The position numbers and the translations under genes were made by a program. Under the pieces are notes generated by a model. It worked only from the letters and a program-made list of their open reading frames with translations. It was not told the origin of the DNA and ran no database searches. A stretch of DNA of 64,000 bases from an uncultured Gammaproteobacteria bacterium (GTDB taxonomy: Bacteria > Pseudomonadota > Gammaproteobacteria > SZUA-229): positions 2,718 through 66,717 of the forward strand of contig CAWDMF010000007.1 in assembly GCA_963803185.1 (NCBI GenBank), written 5' to 3'. Shown here in pieces: positions 58,475-64,000 of the stretch. The stretch's first letter is position 1. Each line of letters opens with the position of its first letter.

Positions 58475-58758
58475 GTAAAGCATTTGATAGTATCAAACAA
58501 GGCCTTGATGAAGCTTTAGAGTTTTCAAAAGGCAAAAAAGGAAAAGCAGTGGTGCATGAATTCACACCTTTAGATGTAAAAAACATTCGAGCCAAGGTAG
58601 GTATGTCACAAAATGAGTTCGCATCAGCATTCGGCATAAGTGTTAGCACACTCCGCCACTGGGAGCGCGGAGACAGAACACCACATGGCCCTGCATTAGT
58701 TTTATTAAATGTAGTCGCCAAAGAGCCCAAAGCAGTACTTAAAGCACTGAGTCACTAA
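58471..58758 (+). CDS. higA: XRE-family HTH antitoxin, HigA-like
   Basis: HTH (MSQNEFASAFGISVSTLRHWERGDRTP); 4-bp overlap with toxin. Confidence 0.7.
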   Translation: MSKAFDSIKQGLDEALEFSKGKKGKAVVHEFTPLDVKNIRAKVGMSQNEFASAFGISVSTLRHWERGDRTPHGPALVLLNVVAKEPKAVLKALSH

Positions 58759-58838
58759 GTGCTAACAAGTAGCTTAACTTTGACCATTTTATACGCCGCT
58801 TCGTTTCACTCCACTCTGTATAAAATGGCAAGTTAGCA
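58759..58838 (+). other. attC site 12 (family A), truncated by IS insertion
   Basis: Matches attC 9 up to GGCAAGTTAGCA then diverges into IS terminal repeat GGTTCCGTCGCAAA. Confidence 0.55.
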
Positions 58839-59636
58839 GGTTCCGTCGCAAATAAGTGAATTGGCGCCAACATTTCCTGAACGTCATTCCGCTTACGCAG
58901 CCAGGGCATAGAATTGATCAGCAAATGATAAATTACGCGAGATGTTTTTTTTCATTTGTCCTTTTTTGATCATAGCAACCAGCTCAATTCCAGCCAATGT
59001 GCTTTGAGCTGAATTGAAGTTTTTGAAGCCAAGCATTGGTCGTGTTAACCGTTTTATTCGTCGGTGATCCTGCTCTATGATGTTGTTCAAGTATTTACAT
59101 TGACGCACTTTAACTCGCTTATTGTTGTCTTCATTGAACTGAGTTAAAGCGGCTTTATTAGAGCCACTTTTATCGATGTTTACTAAGCCAGGCTTGCCGT
59201 TTCTTTCAATAGCTTTGGTGAAATATCTTAGCGCAGCCGCTTTATCGCGCTTGGCGGTGAGGAGGAAGTCGATGGTATTTCCCTGCTTATCGACAGCTCG
59301 GTAATAATATTTCCACTCGCCTTTAACCTTGATATAGGTCTCGTCCATTCTCCATCGATCACCTGGACGTCTCTTCTTTTGATGGAAAGCCTTTTCAAGT
59401 TGAGGCGAGTAGAAAGTAACCCAGCGATTCAATGTGCTATGATCAACCTCGATGCCTCGCTCTGCCACCATCTCTTCGATATTCCGATAGCTAAGGGCAT
59501 ATGCACAATACCATCTTACACATTGAAGAATAATTTCACGAGGGAAGTGTCGCGATTTAAAACTGATCATATGGAGCTACTTGAAGTAAAGTTGAGTTTC
59601 AACATTATACTCGAACGGCCTGAATGCGACAAAACC
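58839..59636 (-). mobile_element. IS6-family insertion sequence (~798 bp)
   Basis: 14-bp imperfect terminal IRs GGTTCCGTCGCAAA (58839) and GGTTTTGTCGCATT (revcomp at 59623-59636); single transposase ORF; no flanking 8-bp duplication. Confidence 0.75.
58893..59570 (-). CDS. IS6-family (IS26-like) DDE transposase
   Basis: MISFKSRHFPREIILQCVRWYCAYALSYRNIEEM..MDETYIKVKG..YYYRAVD typical of IS6 Tnp. Confidence 0.85.
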   Translation of the reverse strand: MISFKSRHFPREIILQCVRWYCAYALSYRNIEEMVAERGIEVDHSTLNRWVTFYSPQLEKAFHQKKRRPGDRWRMDETYIKVKGEWKYYYRAVDKQGNTIDFLLTAKRDKAAALRYFTKAIERNGKPGLVNIDKSGSNKAALTQFNEDNNKRVKVRQCKYLNNIIEQDHRRIKRLTRPMLGFKNFNSAQSTLAGIELVAMIKKGQMKKNISRNLSFADQFYALAA

Positions 59637-59690
59637 CCGGTAATTAGTCGAAATAACAAACCACATATTCAGCTTGAAAAAGGACAGTAT

Positions 59691-62600
59691 ATGATCACCG
59701 GGCAATTTAGCTGGGAACAGTGCCCAAAATCACTCTCTATTCCCAGTGAGACAGGCCTGGTTTATTTAACAATAGACAATACAAAAGTAGCGTTACCTGA
59801 CTTTCGCCAGGGCAAGTTGTGGCTAAAAACAACCAGCGCTTCAACACATCAAAACAACCGATTAGAGCTGCAGGTATTTAGAAAAATATCTGACACCATC
59901 CCCATGCGTGTTATCACGCAAATTAAACTTGATGTATCAGGTCAGCAACGTGAAATTATCCTCGATGGCGCTTTACTTAATGGCTTTAGCCCGAGTGCCA
60001 TTGATAGTCCTCTGCCATCACAGTTGGATAAAGGTGGACGTTTAAAAGTCCAGATAAGACCAGGGCAATGGACAGTTGATATCAGTGCTTTTAACCCGCG
60101 ACAACTAGAGTCGATTGTACTTCCTTCCTTTAAGACCCCCTGGCCAGGTAATGAAGTGTGGGTAGTAGACCAGCAGACACAGCTCCGCCTGATAAAAGTA
60201 GTCGACAAAAATAGTATTGATCCGAATCAAACACAACTGCCACAGCGTTGGAAATCCTATCCCGCATACAATATGCAAGGTGGTGAAAAATTATCGTTTA
60301 AAGTCATTAAACGTGGTGATCCTGACCCGGAGCCCGATCAATTAAGTATTAAAAAAAGAATATGGCTGGATTTTGATGGCAATGGATTTACCATAAACGA
60401 CAAACTCACCGGCACGCTTACAAAGCAATGGCGACTAAATGCGTCGTCAGATGTCTCGTTAGGACAGGTCACACTTAATGGTAAGCCACAATTTATAACA
60501 ACAGACAGCAATAATAAACAAGGCGTTGAGGTAAGACACGGGAATCTTGATCTATCCGCTGATAGTCGCGTAATAGGCGACACGCGAATACTGTCATCCG
60601 GTGGCTGGGATATGGACTTTAATCAGGCTGAGGCTACGCTATTTCTGCCGGCTGGGTGGCGGTTACTGTCTTTGACAGGTGCGAATACCAGCAACACCTG
60701 GATTGACAAATGGTCACTCCTGGATCTATTTATGGTGCTGATAACTGCGATTGCTATCTACAAGTTGTGGGGGATTCGATGGGGTGTATTAGGGTTGGTT
60801 GCCTTAATTATCTTGTGGCATGAGTACGATGCACCACAGTATATATGGATAAATCTGATCATCGCTATTGCCATGTTGCGATCTTTGCCACAGGGTCGTT
60901 TTTATAAAATTATCACTAGCTATCGTCTGTTGACATCTGTTGTTCTGTTGCTCATTACATTACCGTTTATCGTTAATCAGGCACGAACGGCCATTTATCC
61001 GCAACTCGAATTTAGTAACATGAGTGCAAGTAACTCCTTTGCACGGGATGCTGTCTACCCGGCTTCAACTGTATCTCCAGTACAAAAACTGTCTAGTTCG
61101 GTCGCTGAAAGGGCGTTAATGGCAGATGAGGAACCTATGCTCAGCAGTGTAGGACGAGGTAAGTCAGGCTATCTGTATGAAAAGAAACATAAGCAAATAA
61201 TCACCATCGATCCAGACGCGATGATACAAACCGGCCCAGGCCTGCCATCCTGGACACTGCATCAGTTTCACTTACGCTGGGATGGGCCTGTCCGTCACGA
61301 TCAGACGATTTCAATGACGTTGCTATCGCCGGCGATGAACTCACTGCTCAATATACTGAGAATCGCACTGGTATTGCTACTGGCCTGGCGTCTTCTTGAT
61401 ATTGGTTCATTGAAAATACCAAAACTTCCCGTTAAAGCAGAAAGCAAGACGTTAGTAACAATATTTCTAGTCGGTAGCCTGTTTGGTTTATCACCAACAC
61501 CTGCAGATGCTGCCTATCCGTCACAGGAAATGCTTAATCAATTATATGATGAGCTAACCAGGGAGCCAGAGTGTTTACCCCAGTGTGCGAGTATCGAGGC
61601 ACTGGATATTGATTTATCGTCGGAGCAGCTCACCCTGAACATGCGAGTTCATGCACATGAGAATGTCTCGCTGCCACTACCAGTCCCCGTTAAACAATGG
61701 TCCCCCTCTAAGATAAGCGTCGATGATAAATCTTCAGCCATCCTTTCGCGTCAGAGTGATTCGACACTATGGATCTATTTAACAGAAGGCAGTCACACGG
61801 TTAAATTTAGTGGTCGTGTAACAGCTTTAGATCTTCTGCAACTTAGCTTTCCATTAAAACCGCATCATATAGCATTAACCATGAAAGGTTGGACAGAGGA
61901 GGGTATGGACAGCCAGGCGTATAAAATTACAGCACTCTCTTTTCAACGGATTGCAGATAAAACCAGTCCTTCAAAGACTAATAAGATAGAGCAAAAAGAG
62001 ATTCCCGTTTATGCTGAAGTAACAAGAGAATTACAGCTGGGACTGGACTGGTACGTTACGACAACCGTACAAGGTGTTTCAGGTAGTGCTTACCCGGTTA
62101 TTTTAGAGATCCCCTTACTGACGGGTGAATCGGTGGTAACCGACAATATTAAAGTGGTTGATGGCCATGCAATCATTACACTCAGCCGCCCAGATCAGAA
62201 AATAAGGTGGACATCAAAACTTAAAATTAATGATCAGATTAACCTAAAGGCAAGTGAGCAGGGCAGGTTCATCGAGAAATGGTCACTCAATTCAAGTGCT
62301 ATCTGGCACATTGACTATGATGGTATACCTGTCATCTATCACCAACGGTATGCGAACCAGTGGCAGCCGGAATGGCAGCCATGGCCGGGTGAAGAGGTAG
62401 TCATTTATGTCAGCCGTCCTGAAGGGGTTAAGGGCAACACTATTACCATTGATAGCAGTAAGCTTTCATTAACACCTGGTGAGCAAATAACAGCATCAAA
62501 ACTGGCCTTTAATCTGCGCAGTAGCCTCGGTGGACAGCATACTATTAAGATTCCTGAAAACACTGATCTGCAGACGGTCATGATAAATGGTCAGAGTATG

Positions 62601-63392
62601 CCTATTCGGCGTACCGATGAAGGTATCGCTTTGCCGGTATCACCCGGTAATCAAAAAGTTGAAATAAACTGGCATGAGACACGTGGTATCAGTCCATTTT
62701 ATAAATCTTCTGAGGTTGATCTAGGAACGCAGAGTGTCAATCATGGGCTTCAAATTGAGCCAGGTTATAACCGTTGGGTATTATTTACATCAGGACCGAC
62801 TATGGGACCGGCTGTTTTATTCTGGGGTGTGTTTGGTGTAATTATTCTTATTGCTATCGGATTAGGACGTGTAAAAGGTACTCCGCTGAGTACACTTCAG
62901 TGGTTGATACTGGCAATTGGATTAAGCGCATCTGAACCCTGGGCCGTGATAATCATCGCCGTGTGTATCCTGGCACTTAAAGCGCGCGCTTCCCTAAACA
63001 CAGTGACTTTGAGCAATACAAAATTTAACTTTATCCAAATAGGACTTGTGGGCTTAATGTTCTTCTCGATCAGTACATTGATCGTAGCAATCCAACAAGG
63101 ACTGCTCGGTTCACCTGACATGCAAATCATTGGTAATGGATCCAACGCCAATCAACTCAACTGGTTTAGTGATCGCATATCATCAAATACACCATCTGCA
63201 TTGGTAATATCGGTACCTGTCTTTGCTTATCGTCTGATGATGCTGGCCTGGTCGATTTGGTTGGCATTTGCGCTTATAAAATGGGCACAATGGGGGTGGG
63301 GTAGCTTCACGAGCCAGGAGTATTGGCGAAACGTATCAATAAAGAACATCTCTACTAAGAAGAAAGGAGAGAGTGATGAATCAAAAAACTAG
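59691..63392 (+). CDS. giant (1233 aa) multi-pass membrane protein of unknown function; possibly 5'-truncated by the IS6 element
   Basis: Open frame is continuous back into the IS; first Met after IS end at 59691; TM cluster mid-protein and ~6 TM helices at C-terminus, no signal peptide. Confidence 0.5.
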   Translation: MITGQFSWEQCPKSLSIPSETGLVYLTIDNTKVALPDFRQGKLWLKTTSASTHQNNRLELQVFRKISDTIPMRVITQIKLDVSGQQREIILDGALLNGFSPSAIDSPLPSQLDKGGRLKVQIRPGQWTVDISAFNPRQLESIVLPSFKTPWPGNEVWVVDQQTQLRLIKVVDKNSIDPNQTQLPQRWKSYPAYNMQGGEKLSFKVIKRGDPDPEPDQLSIKKRIWLDFDGNGFTINDKLTGTLTKQWRLNASSDVSLGQVTLNGKPQFITTDSNNKQGVEVRHGNLDLSADSRVIGDTRILSSGGWDMDFNQAEATLFLPAGWRLLSLTGANTSNTWIDKWSLLDLFMVLITAIAIYKLWGIRWGVLGLVALIILWHEYDAPQYIWINLIIAIAMLRSLPQGRFYKIITSYRLLTSVVLLLITLPFIVNQARTAIYPQLEFSNMSASNSFARDAVYPASTVSPVQKLSSSVAERALMADEEPMLSSVGRGKSGYLYEKKHKQIITIDPDAMIQTGPGLPSWTLHQFHLRWDGPVRHDQTISMTLLSPAMNSLLNILRIALVLLLAWRLLDIGSLKIPKLPVKAESKTLVTIFLVGSLFGLSPTPADAAYPSQEMLNQLYDELTREPECLPQCASIEALDIDLSSEQLTLNMRVHAHENVSLPLPVPVKQWSPSKISVDDKSSAILSRQSDSTLWIYLTEGSHTVKFSGRVTALDLLQLSFPLKPHHIALTMKGWTEEGMDSQAYKITALSFQRIADKTSPSKTNKIEQKEIPVYAEVTRELQLGLDWYVTTTVQGVSGSAYPVILEIPLLTGESVVTDNIKVVDGHAIITLSRPDQKIRWTSKLKINDQINLKASEQGRFIEKWSLNSSAIWHIDYDGIPVIYHQRYANQWQPEWQPWPGEEVVIYVSRPEGVKGNTITIDSSKLSLTPGEQITASKLAFNLRSSLGGQHTIKIPENTDLQTVMINGQSMPIRRTDEGIALPVSPGNQKVEINWHETRGISPFYKSSEVDLGTQSVNHGLQIEPGYNRWVLFTSGPTMGPAVLFWGVFGVIILIAIGLGRVKGTPLSTLQWLILAIGLSASEPWAVIIIAVCILALKARASLNTVTLSNTKFNFIQIGLVGLMFFSISTLIVAIQQGLLGSPDMQIIGNGSNANQLNWFSDRISSNTPSALVISVPVFAYRLMMLAWSIWLAFALIKWAQWGWGSFTSQEYWRNVSIKNISTKKKGESDESKN

Positions 63393-64000
63393 TATGATGA
63401 GCCAGGAAACACAATCCACAGTTTTTGATTATCGATTATTACGACTTGTAATCGGTATTATCGCGTTGTCATTACCATTGGTTGTATGGATGTCTGCTGG
63501 TACCAAGCTTACCTCTATCAGTGCATCGTACTACACAGATGCGCGAAACTATTTTGTTGGGATGTTATTTGTGGTATCAGCATTCTTGCTGGCCTATAAC
63601 GGCCACTTTTTAAGGGAAGCATTAGCAAGCAAGATCGCTTCACTTGCTGCTGCGGGTATCGCGTTATTTCCTACGCTTTGTGATGAGGTCATAACCACGA
63701 ATATATGTTTAGCTTGTTCAACACTGAACACAGCCATCGTTCATTATGTGTGTGCATTTACTATGTTTGGTATTCTGGCTTATTTTTGTCTGGGTCCTTT
63801 TAGTGATAAGACAAAGACACGAGGGGCAATGTATGATCGCCGTCGATGGGTCTATCAAGTTTGTGGCTGGGGAATCATAGTCTCTTTTGCTTTAGGTGGA
63901 GTTACTATGATGATGTTTAAATATTTAGATATATCCAGTGATAATAGAATTTTATTTTGGGTTGAATCACTGGCGCTTATCTGCTTTGGTATTGCCTGGA
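63376..64000 (+). CDS. polytopic membrane protein of unknown function (partial, runs off window end)
   Basis: ATG at 63376 overlaps end of upstream gene; >=5 hydrophobic helices in first 200 aa. Confidence 0.5.
   Translation, partial: MNQKTSMMSQETQSTVFDYRLLRLVIGIIALSLPLVVWMSAGTKLTSISASYYTDARNYFVGMLFVVSAFLLAYNGHFLREALASKIASLAAAGIALFPTLCDEVITTNICLACSTLNTAIVHYVCAFTMFGILAYFCLGPFSDKTKTRGAMYDRRRWVYQVCGWGIIVSFALGGVTMMMFKYLDISSDNRILFWVESLALICFGIAW

Noticed and set aside
52229-58838. Possibility that the regularly spaced repeats are a CRISPR array
   Set aside because: The repeats are 60-110 bp imperfect palindromes separated by 200-700 bp gene-sized units, adjacent to an IntI gene. That is integron attC architecture, not CRISPR with 28-37 bp repeats and short spacers.
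59379-59690. Annotated start of the 1337-aa ORF at 59379
   Set aside because: The first 86 codons lie inside the IS6 element on the strand opposite its transposase. The open frame there is fortuitous or reflects truncation, and the start was moved to 59691.

Overview
This 64 kb window looks like a gammaproteobacterial chromosome of roughly 43% GC. Its gene order resembles Vibrio and Pseudomonas: four tRNAs, tuf, tRNA-Trp, secE, nusG, rplKAJL, rpoBC, rpsLG, fusA and a second tuf run contiguously into the S10, spc and alpha ribosomal operons (rpsJ to rplQ).

The accessory content sits in three places:
- Positions 1-2842: three tandem paralogous surface-lipoprotein genes (Ig/VCBS-like repeats plus an FN3-like C-terminus) that share a conserved about 100-nt leader.
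- Positions 41373-44674: a four-gene module of an ECF sigma factor, a zinc-finger (ZAS) anti-sigma factor, a secreted hyper-acidic (EPD)n repeat protein, and an outer-membrane protein with TPR repeats and a C-terminal beta-barrel. The last protein may be Slam/DUF560-like (type XI secretion).
- Positions 49948-64000, after uvrA, an MFS transporter and ssb: a decayed tyrosine-recombinase remnant, then a chromosomal integron. Its integrase gene intI is split by a roughly 425-bp MITE (miniature inverted-repeat element) with 36-bp terminal inverted repeats (TIRs). Next to intI is an attI-like region with three 40-bp direct repeats, then about 12 cassettes with attC sites from at least three sequence families. 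The cassettes include two brnT/brnA toxin-antitoxin pairs, a higB/higA pair, a Nif11-like gene on the opposite strand, a duplicated cassette, and several unknown ORFs. An IS6-family element inserted into the last attC ends the array. Beyond it lie a 1233-aa multi-pass membrane protein, possibly N-terminally truncated, and a second polytopic membrane protein that runs off the window.

Two copies of a 100-nt palindromic repeat element sit inside the ribosomal operons and show compensatory stem changes. There is a 4 x 50-bp tandem repeat between tuf and tRNA-Trp, and an unusually long 430-bp spacer between rpsJ and rplC.

Several single-base indels create frameshifts in rplC, rpsH, brnA and one cassette copy. 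Most sit in short base runs or simple repeats, which suggests sequencing or assembly errors rather than biology.
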